A DNA stretch of 64,000 nt from an uncultured Rhodospirillaceae bacterium (GTDB taxonomy: Bacteria > Pseudomonadota > Alphaproteobacteria > Rhodospirillales > Defluviicoccaceae), in assembly GCA_964454795.1 (NCBI GenBank), contig CAYVUM010000002.1:2030-66029 (forward strand), given 5' to 3'. Under the pieces are notes generated by a model. That model had not been told where the DNA came from and did not search any database. It worked only from the letters and a program-made list of their open reading frames with translations. Position 1 is the first letter of the stretch. The number at the start of each line of letters is the position of its first letter. Below are positions 37,213 through 48,142 of the stretch, piece by piece. The position numbers were made by a program, and so were the translations under genes.

Positions 37213-37410
37213 ATGCCTAAGATGAAGACGAAGTCCGCGGCCAAAAAGCGGTTCGGCGTTACCGGCTCGGGCAAAATTCGTGCCAATGTCGCCTACAAGC
37301 GCCATAACCTTCGCAAGCGATCACAAAAAATGAAGCGCAAAGCGCGTGGCACCTTTACTCTTGAGAAAGGTGACTCCCGTCTCGCCAAATCGTGCCTTCC
37401 CTACGCCTGA
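37213..37410 (+). CDS. rpmI: 50S ribosomal protein L35
   Basis: [23 protein letters not shown]..., with an AAGGAG SD 7 nt upstream. The track ORF was trimmed to ATG 37213. Confidence 0.93.
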   Translation: MPKMKTKSAAKKRFGVTGSGKIRANVAYKRHNLRKRSQKMKRKARGTFTLEKGDSRLAKSCLPYA

Positions 37411-37423
37411 GGAGCTCTGAGCA

Positions 37424-37789
37424 ATGGCCCGTGTTAAGCGGGGCGTGACAAGCCACGCCCGCCACAAGAAAATCCTCAAAAAGGCCGAGGGGTTCAGCGG
37501 TCGCGCCAAGAACACGATCCGGATCGGCCGGCAGCGGGTCGAAAAAGCACTGCAGTACCAGTACCGCGACCGGCGCACGAAGAAGCGGCAGTTCCGGCGG
37601 CTGTGGATCGTTCGGATCAATGCCGGTGCCCGCGAGCACGGCCTGACCTATGCCCAACTGATCAACGGCCTCGCCCGCGCCGAGATCGAAGTGGATCGCA
37701 AGGTGCTGGCTGACCTCGCGGTCCGTGAACCGGACGCTTTCAAAGCGCTGGTTGACAGCGCGCGCAACGCCCTCGAAAAAGCCGCGTGA
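37424..37789 (+). CDS. rplT: 50S ribosomal protein L20
   Basis: [24 protein letters not shown]...[24 protein letters not shown]. Confidence 0.96.
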   Translation: MARVKRGVTSHARHKKILKKAEGFSGRAKNTIRIGRQRVEKALQYQYRDRRTKKRQFRRLWIVRINAGAREHGLTYAQLINGLARAEIEVDRKVLADLAVREPDAFKALVDSARNALEKAA

Positions 37790-37880
37790 CGATCCGCCGG
37801 GCGGCGGCACCGGCGGCTTCGTCCTGACCCTGGCCCCCTGCACAAGCGCGAGACCGCGCCGCGAGGCGAACGGCAAACCC

Positions 37881-38957
37881 ATGGACACACCGGACTCCCT
37901 GCGGGACTCCCTGCTCGCCGCGGTCACCGCGGCCCCCGATCTGGAGACGCTGGAACGGCTGCGGATCGCCGAACTGGGCAAGAAGGGACGCATCACCGCG
38001 CTGATGAAAGGCCTCGGCAACCTCTCACCCGAGGAGCGCCGGGAAGCCGGGGCGGCCCTCAACCAGTTGAAAGACGAGGTCTCGGCCGCCCTGGAAGCGC
38101 GCAAGGCGGCGCTGGCTGATGCCGCTCTCGAGGAACGGCTCGCCAACGAGGTGGTGGACGTCACCCTGCCGGTGCGACCCGAGCCGGCCGGCTCGGTGCA
38201 CCCGGTCAGCCAGACCATCGATGAGATCGTCGCGATCTTCGGGGAGATGGGCCTCACTGTCGCCGAAGGCCCGGATATCGAGGACGACTGGCACAACTTC
38301 ACCGCCCTGAACATGCCCCCTGAACACCCGGCGCGGCAGGAACACGACACCTTCTACCTGCCGGGCAATCGGGAGGGGCTGCGGATGGTTCTGCGCACGC
38401 ACACCTCCAACGTTCAGATCCGGACGATGCTGAAGCAGCAGCCGCCGATCCGGATCATCGCCCCGGGGCGCACCTATCGCTGCGATTCCGACGCCACCCA
38501 CTCGCCAATGTTCCACCAGGTGGAAGGGCTCGTGGTCGACGAACAGACCCATATGGGCCATCTCAAGGGCTGCCTGATCGAGTTCTGCCGGGCGTTCTTT
38601 GATATCGACGATCTGCCGGTGCGGTTCCGCCCCAGCTTTTTTCCATTCACCGAGCCGTCAGCGGAGGTGGACATCGGCTGTACCCGCGCCGGCGGCCAGC
38701 TCAAGATCGGCCGCGGCGACGACTGGCTGGAAATCCTGGGTTGCGGCATGGTCAACCCGCGGGTACTGGGGAATTGCGGCATCGACCCCGAGCGCTACCA
38801 GGGCTTCGCGTTCGGCATGGGGATCGAGCGGATCGCCATGCTGAAATACGGTATTCCGGACCTGCGCACTTTCTATGAGTCCGATCTGCGCTGGCTCCGC
38901 CACTACGGTTTCAATGCCCTTCAGGTGCCGTCCATGGTCGGAGGGCTGGACCCGTGA
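37881..38957 (+). CDS. pheS: phenylalanine--tRNA ligase alpha subunit
   Basis: ...[19 protein letters not shown]...[21 protein letters not shown]...[11 protein letters not shown]...FHQVEGL...[16 protein letters not shown]. The track ORF was trimmed to ATG 37881. Confidence 0.96.
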   Translation: MDTPDSLRDSLLAAVTAAPDLETLERLRIAELGKKGRITALMKGLGNLSPEERREAGAALNQLKDEVSAALEARKAALADAALEERLANEVVDVTLPVRPEPAGSVHPVSQTIDEIVAIFGEMGLTVAEGPDIEDDWHNFTALNMPPEHPARQEHDTFYLPGNREGLRMVLRTHTSNVQIRTMLKQQPPIRIIAPGRTYRCDSDATHSPMFHQVEGLVVDEQTHMGHLKGCLIEFCRAFFDIDDLPVRFRPSFFPFTEPSAEVDIGCTRAGGQLKIGRGDDWLEILGCGMVNPRVLGNCGIDPERYQGFAFGMGIERIAMLKYGIPDLRTFYESDLRWLRHYGFNALQVPSMVGGLDP

Positions 38958-41377
38958 AGTTCACGTTGTCCTGGCTGAAGGACCATCTGGACACCGATGC
39001 CGGGGTCGAGGAGATCGGCTACCGGCTGACGATGACCGGCCTGGAGATCGAGGAGATCGTCGATCCCGCCGCCGGCCTCGAGTCCTTTGTCGTCGCTCGG
39101 GTTGTCGAGGCGGTCCCGCACCCGAACGCGCACAAGCTGCGGGTCTGCACCGTCGACACCGGGTCTGAAACGGTCCAGGTGGTGTGCGGCGCTCCCAACG
39201 CCCGCGCCGGGATGAAGGGCGTATTCGCGCCGGTCGGCGCCTATGTTCCCGGAACCGGCCTGACCCTGAAGCAGGCGGCGATCCGCGGCGTCGACAGCTG
39301 CGGGATGCTGCTGTCGGAACGGGAGATGGGACTGTCCGATGCCCACGATGGCATCGTCGACCTGCAGGGAGACGCCCCGGTCGGCGCCCGCGCGGTGGAC
39401 GTTATGGGCCTCGCCGATCCGGTCTTCGACGTGGCGATCACCCCAAACCGTGGCGACTGCCTCGGGGTGCGCGGCATGGCCCGCGACCTTGCCGCTGCCG
39501 GCCTTGGCCGGTTGAAGCCGCTCACCATCGGGGCCGTGCCTGGCGGGTTCGAAAGCCCGATCGGCGTTCACCTGGAGTTTGCAGCCGGGACCGCTTCGGC
39601 GTGCCCGTACTTCGTCGGTCGGATGGTGCGCGGGCTTCGCAACGGGCCGAGCCCGGAGTGGCTGCAGCGCCGGCTGCTGGCCGTGGGCTTGAAGCCGATC
39701 TCGGCGCTGGTCGACATCACCAACTACATCACGTTCGATCTGTGCCGGCCGCTGCATGTGTTCGACGCCGCGCAGGTGCGGGGCGACCTGCACGTCCGAC
39801 TCGCCCGGCCAGGTGAACGCCTGCGTGCCCTCAACGGCCGGGATTACCCGCTCGATCCCGAAATGACCGTCATCGCTGACGATCGTGAGGCTGAAGCGCT
39901 GGCCGGAGTGATTGGCGGCGAGCGGACCGGCTGTACCGCGGAGACCGTCGATGTGTTCATCGAGTCGGCGCTGTTCGATCCGGTGCGCACAGCGGCGACG
40001 GGCCGCAAGCTCGACCTCCAGACCGACGCCCGCTACCGGTTTGAGCGCGGCATCGATCCGGCGTTCGTGATCGGCGGGGCCGAGTTGGCAACCCGGATGA
40101 TCCTGGAATTGTGCGGTGGCGAGCCGTCCCGTCTCGTCATCGCCGGCGCCGAGCCGCCGCGCCAACCGGCGATCCCGTTTCGCCCGGGGCGGCTCGCCTC
40201 CCTTTGTGGCGTCGAGGTTCCGCCCCGGCGGATCGTCGAGATACTCGACACCCTCGGCTTCGCTGTGGAGGGGGCCGACGGCGAGCCGGGCGAGGTGTGG
40301 CAGGTGAGGCCGCCCACGTGGCGCAGCGACCTCGATGGTGAAGCCTGCGTGGTCGAAGAAGTGATCCGCCTGCACGGCTATGAGCACATTCCGGTGGTTC
40401 CGATGGCCCGGGAAGCCGCCTCCGCCCTGCCCCATCCGGCCCTCGACAGCGGCCAGCGCCGACGGGTGCTGGCCCGCCGGTTGCTCGCTGCCCGCGGGCT
40501 GACCGAAGCGGTGACATTTTCGTTCTTGCCGGCCGCCCAGGCCGACCTGTTCGGCGGCGTCAGCGAGACGCAACGGCTGGTCAATCCGATCAGTACCGAT
40601 CTCGATGTGATGCGGCCGTCGCCGTTGCCGAACCTGATCTCCGCCTGCGTCCGGAACGCCGCCCGCGGCTATCCGGACGTGGCGCTGTTCGAGGTGGGTC
40701 CCCAATACGCGGGCGACCGGCCAGCGGACCAGAGCTGGGTCGCCGCCGGGGTCCGCGCCGGCCGCACCGGTCCCCGCCACTGGTGCCAGCCGCCCCGCGA
40801 CGTGGACGTGTTCGACGCCAAGGCCGACGCGCTGGCGGTGCTGGCCGCGCTCGGCGTCCCGGTCGATCGCGCCCAGGTCACCGCCGGAGCACCTGCCTGG
40901 TACCATCCGGGCCGCTCGGGGGTGATCCGGCTGGGACCGAAGACGCTGCTCGCGGCCTTCGGCGACATGCATCCGCGGGTCGCCCGGGCCCTCGACGTGG
41001 CCGGGCGGCTGGTTGCCTTCGAGGTGTTCCTGGACGCTATCCCGGCCCGCAAGGGCAAGGGAGGCGCACTTCGCCCGGCACTCGCCGCGTCCGCGTTCCA
41101 GCCATTGGAACGGGATTTTGCCTTCGTTGTTGCGGCCGGGCTGCCGGCGGACGACCTGGTCCGGGCGGTCCGCGCCGCCGACGACGCCCTGATCCGGGAT
41201 GTGCGGGTGTTCGACGTTTTCACAGGGCCCGGTGTCGGCGAGGGCCAGAAGTCGCTGGCGGTGACGGTGATTCTGCAACCGATGGAGCGAACCCTTACCG
41301 ACGCCGACCTGGACGCCTTTGCCGGCCGGGTGGTCGCAAGCGTTTCGAGCCGGACCGGCGGCATCTTGCGCACCTGA
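38954..41377 (+). CDS. pheT: phenylalanine--tRNA ligase beta subunit
   Basis: [14 protein letters not shown]...[23 protein letters not shown] (tRNA-binding domain), followed by B3/4, B5 and FDX-ACB domains. The GTG start overlaps the pheS stop (GTGA). Confidence 0.96.
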   Translation: MKFTLSWLKDHLDTDAGVEEIGYRLTMTGLEIEEIVDPAAGLESFVVARVVEAVPHPNAHKLRVCTVDTGSETVQVVCGAPNARAGMKGVFAPVGAYVPGTGLTLKQAAIRGVDSCGMLLSEREMGLSDAHDGIVDLQGDAPVGARAVDVMGLADPVFDVAITPNRGDCLGVRGMARDLAAAGLGRLKPLTIGAVPGGFESPIGVHLEFAAGTASACPYFVGRMVRGLRNGPSPEWLQRRLLAVGLKPISALVDITNYITFDLCRPLHVFDAAQVRGDLHVRLARPGERLRALNGRDYPLDPEMTVIADDREAEALAGVIGGERTGCTAETVDVFIESALFDPVRTAATGRKLDLQTDARYRFERGIDPAFVIGGAELATRMILELCGGEPSRLVIAGAEPPRQPAIPFRPGRLASLCGVEVPPRRIVEILDTLGFAVEGADGEPGEVWQVRPPTWRSDLDGEACVVEEVIRLHGYEHIPVVPMAREAASALPHPALDSGQRRRVLARRLLAARGLTEAVTFSFLPAAQADLFGGVSETQRLVNPISTDLDVMRPSPLPNLISACVRNAARGYPDVALFEVGPQYAGDRPADQSWVAAGVRAGRTGPRHWCQPPRDVDVFDAKADALAVLAALGVPVDRAQVTAGAPAWYHPGRSGVIRLGPKTLLAAFGDMHPRVARALDVAGRLVAFEVFLDAIPARKGKGGALRPALAASAFQPLERDFAFVVAAGLPADDLVRAVRAADDALIRDVRVFDVFTGPGVGEGQKSLAVTVILQPMERTLTDADLDAFAGRVVASVSSRTGGILRT

Positions 41378-41413
41378 CCGCCGGCTCCCCATTTTTGAGC
41401 GACACGCCGGACA

Positions 41414-42355
41414 ATGCCGATGACTGCGGATCTGACCCGACGAAAATTTCTCGCTCTTGCCACCGCGATCGGCGCCGGCTCGCTGGTCGCGCCCGGTTCT
41501 GGCCGGGCTGCGGTCGATTATTCGGGCCAGGACGATCTGGTCGGCGAGTTGCGCTTCTACACCACGGCTTACGAAGACACGCTGCTTCAGGTCGCCCGTG
41601 ACCACGGCCTCGGCCTGATCGAGTTGATGGCCGCCAATCGCGGGGTGGACCCGTGGTTGCCTGGCGACAACCGCCGGCTGCTGCTGCCAACCGCGCACGT
41701 CCTGCCCGATGCGTCGCGCCGCGGTATCATCATTAATCTCGCCGACCTCCGCCTCTATCTGTTCGGAAAGGACGGACAGGCGGTGGCGAGCTTTCCGCTC
41801 GGCGTCGGCCGCGATGGCGCCCGCACGCCAAAGGGAAGAACGAAGGTGGTGCGCAAAGCAAAAGACCCGGCGTGGCATCCGCCCGCATCCATCCGCCGCG
41901 AGGATCCGGAACTGCCAGGCCGGGTTCCGCCGGGGCCGGACAATCCCCTTGGCACACGGGCGCTTTATCTGGGATGGCCGGCCTACCTGATCCACGGCAC
42001 CAACAAGCCCTACGGCGTCGGCCGGCGGGTCAGCCATGGCTGCATCCGGATGTATCCGGAAAACGTTGAGTGGCTGTATGAACAGGTCCCGGTCGGCACG
42101 CCGGTGACGGTGGTGGATCAGCGGGTCAAGCTGGGCCGTCGCAACGGTGATCTGTTCCTGGAGGTGACCCCCTCGCGGGAGCAGATCGACCAGATCGAGG
42201 AGAGCGGCGTGCCCGACTTGGAGTCCGACGTCCTCGAGGTCGACCCGGACCCGATCGTCGAGGCGGCCGGCAACGACGAATGGCGGCTCAACTGGACGAT
42301 GATCAACTGGGCGTACGCCCAGCGTGAGGGGATCCCTGTTCAGATCACCCGGTGA
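41414..42355 (+). CDS. L,D-transpeptidase (YkuD) with LysM-like N-domain, Tat signal
   Basis: TRRKFLALATAIGAG is the Tat signal. The YkuD catalytic motif is LIHGTNKPYGVGRRVSHGCIRM. Confidence 0.9.
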   Translation: MPMTADLTRRKFLALATAIGAGSLVAPGSGRAAVDYSGQDDLVGELRFYTTAYEDTLLQVARDHGLGLIELMAANRGVDPWLPGDNRRLLLPTAHVLPDASRRGIIINLADLRLYLFGKDGQAVASFPLGVGRDGARTPKGRTKVVRKAKDPAWHPPASIRREDPELPGRVPPGPDNPLGTRALYLGWPAYLIHGTNKPYGVGRRVSHGCIRMYPENVEWLYEQVPVGTPVTVVDQRVKLGRRNGDLFLEVTPSREQIDQIEESGVPDLESDVLEVDPDPIVEAAGNDEWRLNWTMINWAYAQREGIPVQITR

Positions 42356-42981
42356 TCGCGTCCCGGCTCCTGCGGAACGATACCGACCAGGCTGATCGGG
42401 ACGTTCCGGCCGGCGCCGTGGTAGTCAACGGCCGTTTCCACGAACCCGGCGCGCTCCATGGCCTCAAAGGCCCGCTTCTCCAGCCGGCTGTCGCCGTCGC
42501 GCCGGAACACCAGAACCAGCCGGCCACCGGGCTTGAGCACCCGGCGGATCTCCGCGACATCATCGTCGGGCCGGGGCCAGTGCGGAAAGCTCTCGATCGC
42601 GAACGCCCTGGCGAACCAGTGGTCCAGGTAGGGCAGGCGGGAGACCGCAGCTTGGCGGACCTCAAGCCGGCCATACTCGATCGCCTCGATATTGCGGCGG
42701 ATGGCGAGCCTCGCCATCAGCGCCGAATGGTCGATCCCGGTAACGAAGCCGAGATGATCACGCTCTATCAGGGCGGCGATCGCCCGGCCGGTCCCGCAGC
42801 CCACTTCCAGCACGTTGTCCATCGCCGTCAGGTCAAGCTTATCGAGCGCGATGCGGATCAACCGGCTGTTTCTGAGGCCGGTCAGCCGGCCGATCAGCGC
42901 GCCGATGGTTCCCCTGGGATAGCGCCGCTGGCGGGTCAGCCAGTTCGTCGGATCCGGAGCACGTTGGGAAAAGTCAAGCAT
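42340..42981 (-). CDS. class I SAM-dependent methyltransferase
   Basis: VLEVGCGTGRAIAAL (motif I)...KPGGRLVLVF. Its 3' end overlaps the L,D-transpeptidase 3' end by 16 nt (convergent). Confidence 0.85.
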   Translation of the reverse strand: MLDFSQRAPDPTNWLTRQRRYPRGTIGALIGRLTGLRNSRLIRIALDKLDLTAMDNVLEVGCGTGRAIAALIERDHLGFVTGIDHSALMARLAIRRNIEAIEYGRLEVRQAAVSRLPYLDHWFARAFAIESFPHWPRPDDDVAEIRRVLKPGGRLVLVFRRDGDSRLEKRAFEAMERAGFVETAVDYHGAGRNVPISLVGIVPQEPGRDHRVI

Positions 42982-43235
42982 CGGTCAGCTCATGTCTTCC
43001 CGTCGGTCCGCCGTTTTGGCCACGTGCCCGGCTTGTCCAGCACAGCGCCCTCTCTCCCTTATACCCCCTAACGGGTATATTTTGGCTCGTTTTGGGCGCA
43101 TCAACGGGTTTGCTTAAGCGCCGCTTGCGGCCTGCTGTCCATCAAGCCGGGACATAGGCATTCATCATGGCCGATCGATGTCATGAACGAACCGCCGGCG
43201 ACCGGGATTTCGCGTAAACTGATCCCCAATGAGGG

Positions 43236-45059
43236 TTATTCGACCGTCACGCTCTTGGCGAGGTTTCGTGGCTGATCCACGTCTGTGCCTTTGGCGACCG
43301 CTACGTGATAGGCGAGTAACTGGACCGGGATGGTGTACAGGATCGGGGCAACGAACGGATCGACGGCCGGCAACTCGAGGGTCGCGGCCGCCATGGTGCC
43401 CAGCGTCTCGATCCCTCGCCGGTCGGAGAGGAAGATCACCCGGCCGCCGCGGGCGATCACCTCCTGCATGTTCGAGGCCGTCTTCTCGAACAGCTCGTCG
43501 CTGGGGGCGATCACGATGATCGGCATGTTCTCGTCGATCAGCGCGATCGGTCCATGCTTCATTTCCCCGGCAGCGTAGCCCTCGGCGTGGATATAGCTGA
43601 TTTCCTTCAGCTTGAGCGCGCCTTCGAGGGCGATCGGGTAGCCGGTGCCGCGGCCGAGATAGAGCACGTCGCGGGCCTCGGCCACCTCTCGGGCAAGCTC
43701 GGCCAGCCGTTCGTCGTGGATCAGCACGTCGTTGGCGCGGCTCGGGACCTCGGTCAGCGACTGGCACAGGCGGGTCTCGGTGGCGCGGTCGATGGCACCG
43801 CGCGCTGCCGCCATGGCGATCACCAGGCAGGCGAGCACGGTCAGCTGGGTGGTGAAGGCCTTGGTCGACGCCACCCCGATTTCCGGACCGGCATGGGTCA
43901 GCAGGCAGGCATCGGAGGCCCGGGCCATCGAGCTTTCCGCGACGTTGACGATGCTGAGCACCTTCTGCCGCCGGCCCTGGGCGTAGCGCAGCGCTGCCAG
44001 GGTGTCAGCGGTTTCTCCCGACTGCGAGATGAAGATCGCCAGCCCGCCCTGCGGCAGATCGGCGTCGCGGTACCGGAACTCGGAGGCGATATCCACCTCG
44101 CAGGCGATCCGCGCGACCCGCTCGAACCAGTAACGGGCGACCATGGCGGCGTGATAGGAGGTGCCGCAGGCAACCATGGTGACCCGCGAAACCCGGGTCA
44201 TGTCAAACGACAGCGGCGGCATGGTCACCACGTGGTTCCACGGATTGAGCAGCGCGTGCAGGGTGTCGCCAATCACCGTCGGCTGCTCGTAGATCTCCTT
44301 CAGCATGAAATGGGCGTAGTTGCCCTTGCCGATCATCGCCCCGGAGGTGGCGGTCAGCTTGATCGGCCGCTCGACAATCGCGCCCGCAGCGTTGTAGAGC
44401 ACGGCTCCGCCAGAGCGGACCACCGCCCAGTCGCCCTCCTCCAGGTAGCAGATACGCCGGGTCAGGGGCGCCAGTGCCAGGGCATCGGAGCCGAGGTACA
44501 TCTCGCCATCGCCGTAACCGACGGCGAGCGGGCTGCCGCGCCGCGCACCGATCATCAGGTCGTTATGACCGGCGAACAGGATCGCGAGGGCGAAGGCGCC
44601 TTCGAGCCGGCCGAGCGACTTGCGCACCGCCTCCTCCGGCGAGTCCCCGGCGCGCAGATAGCTGGAAATCAGGTGAACGACGACCTCGGTATCGGTTTCG
44701 GTGCCGAACAGCACCCCGGCGGCGGTCAGCTCGGTGCGGAGCCGGTGGAAATTCTCGATGATCCCGTTGTGGACCAGCACCACCCGGTCATCGGCATGCG
44801 GATGGGCATTGTTCTCGGTGGGGGCCCCGTGGGTTGCCCAGCGGGTGTGACCAATACCGATATGACCGTTGACGGGCCGTTCGGCGAGTACCGCTTCCAG
44901 ATTGACGATCTTGCCTTCCGCCCGGCGCCGCTCGATTGTGCCGTTGGCGAGGGTTGCCACCCCGGCAGAGTCATACCCCCGGTACTCAAGACGCTTTAAG
45001 GCGTCGATCAGCAGCGGGCCGGCTTCGCCCCGTCCGATAATGCCGATAATACCGCACAT
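43236..45059 (-). CDS. glmS: glutamine--fructose-6-phosphate aminotransferase
   Basis: MCGIIGIIGR is the Ntn Cys. Two SIS domains follow, and the protein ends LAKSVTVE. The track ORF was trimmed to ATG 45059, giving 607 aa. Confidence 0.97.
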   Translation of the reverse strand: MCGIIGIIGRGEAGPLLIDALKRLEYRGYDSAGVATLANGTIERRRAEGKIVNLEAVLAERPVNGHIGIGHTRWATHGAPTENNAHPHADDRVVLVHNGIIENFHRLRTELTAAGVLFGTETDTEVVVHLISSYLRAGDSPEEAVRKSLGRLEGAFALAILFAGHNDLMIGARRGSPLAVGYGDGEMYLGSDALALAPLTRRICYLEEGDWAVVRSGGAVLYNAAGAIVERPIKLTATSGAMIGKGNYAHFMLKEIYEQPTVIGDTLHALLNPWNHVVTMPPLSFDMTRVSRVTMVACGTSYHAAMVARYWFERVARIACEVDIASEFRYRDADLPQGGLAIFISQSGETADTLAALRYAQGRRQKVLSIVNVAESSMARASDACLLTHAGPEIGVASTKAFTTQLTVLACLVIAMAAARGAIDRATETRLCQSLTEVPSRANDVLIHDERLAELAREVAEARDVLYLGRGTGYPIALEGALKLKEISYIHAEGYAAGEMKHGPIALIDENMPIIVIAPSDELFEKTASNMQEVIARGGRVIFLSDRRGIETLGTMAAATLELPAVDPFVAPILYTIPVQLLAYHVAVAKGTDVDQPRNLAKSVTVE

Positions 45060-45117
45060 TCGTCGATGATCCTCTTTCGGAGCTGCTCCACGGCCCGGCC
45101 AGCCGCAGCCCTGCCTG

Positions 45118-46521
45118 CTATTCTGCCGGCGTCGGCTCTCCCGGCTGACCGGTGCCGGCCGGTGCCGGCGCCTGGCGGGCTGCCTTTTCGGCAGCCCGGC
45201 GCTTGCGGAACGCCCTCGCCCACCCGTCCCGGACGGTAAAGGGTCCGCGCACCACCGCCAGGGCGTCGGCCGGCACATCCTTCGAGATGGCGCTTGACGC
45301 ACCGACGATCGCGCCGTCGCCGATCTTAACCGGCGCCACCAGGCAGGTGTTCGAGCCGATGAACGCCCCGGCGCCGATGTCGGTATGGCTCTTGAAGAAA
45401 CCATCATAGTTGCAAGTGATCGTGCCGGCGCCGATGTTGGCTCGGGCGCCGATCCGCGCATCGCCGATGTAGCTCAGGTGATTGACCTTGGCGCCGCTCT
45501 CCACCGAGGCATTCTTGATCTCGACGAAATTGCCGATATGCGCGTCCGGGCCCACCTGCGCGCCGGGGCGCAGCCGGGAAAACGGGCCGACGACCGCGCC
45601 GCTCGCCACATGGGCGCCCTCGATATGGCAGAAGGCGCGGATTTCCACGTCATCGCCAACACTGGCGCCGGGGCCGAACACCACCGACGGGCCGATCACG
45701 ACATCGCGGCCGATCCGGGTGTCCATGGAAAAGAACGTCGAGGGTGGATCGATCAGGGTCGCGCCGTCGAGCATCGCCCGGGTGCGCAGCCGGTTCTGGA
45801 CGATCACCTCCGCCTCGGCCAGATCGACCCGGGAATTGACCCCCACGAACTCCTCGACCGCGCCTTCGACCACCGCGCAAGCGAGACCATCGGCGCGGGC
45901 CAGCTCGACGATGTCGGTCAGATAGTATTCGCCCTTGGCATTGTCGTTACCGATCCGCTCAAGCAGCGGAAACAGGTGGCTGCCATCCACAAGAAAGACG
46001 CCGGAATTGCAGAGATCGATGGCGAGCTGGCCAGGGGTTGCGTCGCCCGCCTCGACGATCGCCTCGAGCCCGCCGTCGCCACCGGTGACGAGGCGTCCGT
46101 AGGCGCCGGGATCGGCCGGCCGGAAGCCGAGAACGACCACGGCGGGCGGGTCGGCCGCGGCCCGAACCGACCGCATCCGCTCCAGGGTTTCAGCGGTGAT
46201 CAGCGGCGTATCGCCATAGAGGATCAGCACGTCGCCCTCGAACCCGGCCAGCGCCTCTCGGGCCATCAGGACTGCGTGGCCGGTGCCCAGCGGCGGGTCC
46301 TGCAGCACCGTGCGGTGTGGCGCGACGGCAGCGGTCACGGCATCGGCGCCGGTGCCGACAACGACGACGATCTGCTCCGGGGACAGGGCATCGGCCGTGG
46401 CAAGGACGTGATGGATCAGGCTGCGGCCAGCGATCTCGTGGAGAACCTTGGGGCGCGCCGACTTCATCCGGGTGCCGCGGCCGGCGGCGAGGACAACCAC
46501 GGCGGTTTTCCTGTTGGTCAT
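45118..46521 (-). CDS. glmU: bifunctional UDP-GlcNAc pyrophosphorylase / GlcN-1-P acetyltransferase
   Basis: VVLAAGRGTRMKSARPKVLHEIAG plus C-terminal left-handed beta-helix hexapeptide repeats. Confidence 0.96.
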   Translation of the reverse strand: MTNRKTAVVVLAAGRGTRMKSARPKVLHEIAGRSLIHHVLATADALSPEQIVVVVGTGADAVTAAVAPHRTVLQDPPLGTGHAVLMAREALAGFEGDVLILYGDTPLITAETLERMRSVRAAADPPAVVVLGFRPADPGAYGRLVTGGDGGLEAIVEAGDATPGQLAIDLCNSGVFLVDGSHLFPLLERIGNDNAKGEYYLTDIVELARADGLACAVVEGAVEEFVGVNSRVDLAEAEVIVQNRLRTRAMLDGATLIDPPSTFFSMDTRIGRDVVIGPSVVFGPGASVGDDVEIRAFCHIEGAHVASGAVVGPFSRLRPGAQVGPDAHIGNFVEIKNASVESGAKVNHLSYIGDARIGARANIGAGTITCNYDGFFKSHTDIGAGAFIGSNTCLVAPVKIGDGAIVGASSAISKDVPADALAVVRGPFTVRDGWARAFRKRRAAEKAARQAPAPAGTGQPGEPTPAE

Positions 46522-46609
46522 CGGATGGGACCTCGTTTAGGAAGGAGCGCCGCTTGGCGGGCGCAGCCGGCCGGAAGCTGCCACAGCCGGGCGCAGGGCG
46601 CCAAGTCAA

Positions 46610-47365
46610 ATGGTGTTTCGGTGTGTATCGCCGCCACCCTCGCCGATCAGGGTTAACGCTTTGCCACTCTCCCCGTATTTCGGCGCCGTCATCTTCGATC
46701 TGGACGGCACGCTGGTCGACAGCGCCCCCGATCTGACCCGGGCACTCAACCGGCTGCTCGACGAGCTCAAGCGCCCGGCGCTCGATCTCGAGGCAGTGGT
46801 CGGAATGATCGGGGATGGTGCGACAAAGCTGGTGGAGCGGGCGATGACCGCGACCGGCGGCCTTGGCCCCGGAGACGATCTCGGCAGCCTGACCGGCCGG
46901 TTCCTCAACCTCTATGAAGGGGCGACGGCGGTGGACACCCGCCCCTATCCCGGGGTGTGCGAAGCGCTGGCCAATCTGTCGGCGCAAGGCTGCCGGCTCG
47001 GCGTGTGCACCAACAAGCCGGAAGCGCCCGCCCGGGCGGTCCTGGAAGACGTGGGGCTTGCCGGCTTCTTCGGCGCTGTCCTCGGCGGCGACAGCCTCGG
47101 CGAGATCCGCAAGCCCGATCCCCGCCACCTGCTCGCCGTCCTTGACCGGCTCGGGATCGGCGCCGGGCGGGCCGTGATGGTCGGCGACAATGCCAACGAT
47201 GTCGCGGCCGCCCGGGCTGCCGGCCTGCCGGTCATCCTCCGTGCCGGTGGCTATACCCGGGTGCCGGCGGCCGATCTGGGCGCAGATCTGGTGATTGAGG
47301 ACTTCGCGGCACTGCCAGCGGCGCTCACCACCCTTGGCGCTTCGCCGCCGGCTAAACTTCGATAG
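46610..47365 (+). CDS. gph: HAD-IA hydrolase, phosphoglycolate phosphatase-like
   Basis: VIFDLDGTLVDS (motif I)...GVCTNKP (motif II)...MVGDNANDVAAARAAG (motif III/IV). The N-terminal ~20 aa of the ORF are doubtful, so the start is uncertain. Confidence 0.83.
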   Translation: MVFRCVSPPPSPIRVNALPLSPYFGAVIFDLDGTLVDSAPDLTRALNRLLDELKRPALDLEAVVGMIGDGATKLVERAMTATGGLGPGDDLGSLTGRFLNLYEGATAVDTRPYPGVCEALANLSAQGCRLGVCTNKPEAPARAVLEDVGLAGFFGAVLGGDSLGEIRKPDPRHLLAVLDRLGIGAGRAVMVGDNANDVAAARAAGLPVILRAGGYTRVPAADLGADLVIEDFAALPAALTTLGASPPAKLR

Positions 47366-48125
47366 TCAGGCCGTCGTAGGCGGCGATCACCCCGCAGGGC
47401 AGGCGATCGCTCAGCCGGCGGTAGTCAAGATCATTGCCGAGGTGGCTCAGCACCGCCTGGTCGGGCTTGATCCGGGCGATCCATTCCAGCGCCTTGCCCA
47501 CATCGCAGTGGGTGGGATGGGGATGATCCACCAGCGTGCCAATCACCCACAGCCGTACCCCGGCAAGCGCTTCGAACGCCGCTTCCGGCAGCTCAACCAC
47601 ATCGGTGGTGTAAGCCACGGAGCCGAACCGGAATCCGAAGGTCCGGCTGAAACCGTGGGACTGCTCAAAGGCCGTCACGGGGATCGTGCCGATCTCGAGA
47701 TGCTGGAGATGATGGAGTTCCCGGGGAACCAGCGTCGGCTTGTAGTAGAAGCGGGCGCCCTCGTCGAGCGGCTTGAACACATAGCCGAACCGGCGGTTGA
47801 TCTCGGCGAGGGTATGGGCATCGGCGTAGCAGTCGAGCGGCGCACCGATCGCCCGGTTGATGGCGCGCAGGTCGTCGATGCCGTGGAGGTGATCGGCATG
47901 GGCGTGGGTGTAAATGACCGCGTCCAGGGTCGAGACCCCTGCGGCGATCAGCTGGTCGCGCAACTCCGGCGCGGTATCGACGAGAATGCGGGTCCCGTCG
48001 TCCTCGACCAGAATGGACGGCCGGGACCGGCGGTTGCGCGGCTCGGCGGGATTGCAGCCGCCCCAGCCCCAGTCGATTGCCGGCGTGCCGCTGGACGCAC
48101 CGGCACCGAGGATCACCAGTTTCAC
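47352..48125 (-). CDS. MBL-fold metallo-hydrolase (PhnP-like)
   Basis: MKLVILGAGASSGTP...ILVDTAPELRDQL...VIYTHAHADHLHGIDDLR, which contains the HxHxDH motif. Confidence 0.88.
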   Translation of the reverse strand: MKLVILGAGASSGTPAIDWGWGGCNPAEPRNRRSRPSILVEDDGTRILVDTAPELRDQLIAAGVSTLDAVIYTHAHADHLHGIDDLRAINRAIGAPLDCYADAHTLAEINRRFGYVFKPLDEGARFYYKPTLVPRELHHLQHLEIGTIPVTAFEQSHGFSRTFGFRFGSVAYTTDVVELPEAAFEALAGVRLWVIGTLVDHPHPTHCDVGKALEWIARIKPDQAVLSHLGNDLDYRRLSDRLPCGVIAAYDGLTIEV

Positions 48126-48142
48126 CTGTCCGGCTCCTGCGA

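Noticed and set aside
38921-42037. 1038-aa minus-strand ORF
   Set aside because: It is antisense to pheT and the L,D-transpeptidase gene, both of which have unmistakable motifs. Its composition (R, G, A, P, D) and lack of any recognisable domain mark it as a shadow ORF.
43080-43235. Possible glmS ribozyme or other leader near glmS, and T-box/leader elements before thrS and pheS
   Set aside because: glmS ribozymes and T-boxes are 5'-leader elements of mainly Gram-positive genes. The region examined is 3' of glmS, the 58-nt 5' gap (45060-45117) is too short, and no conserved cores were recognisable by eye.
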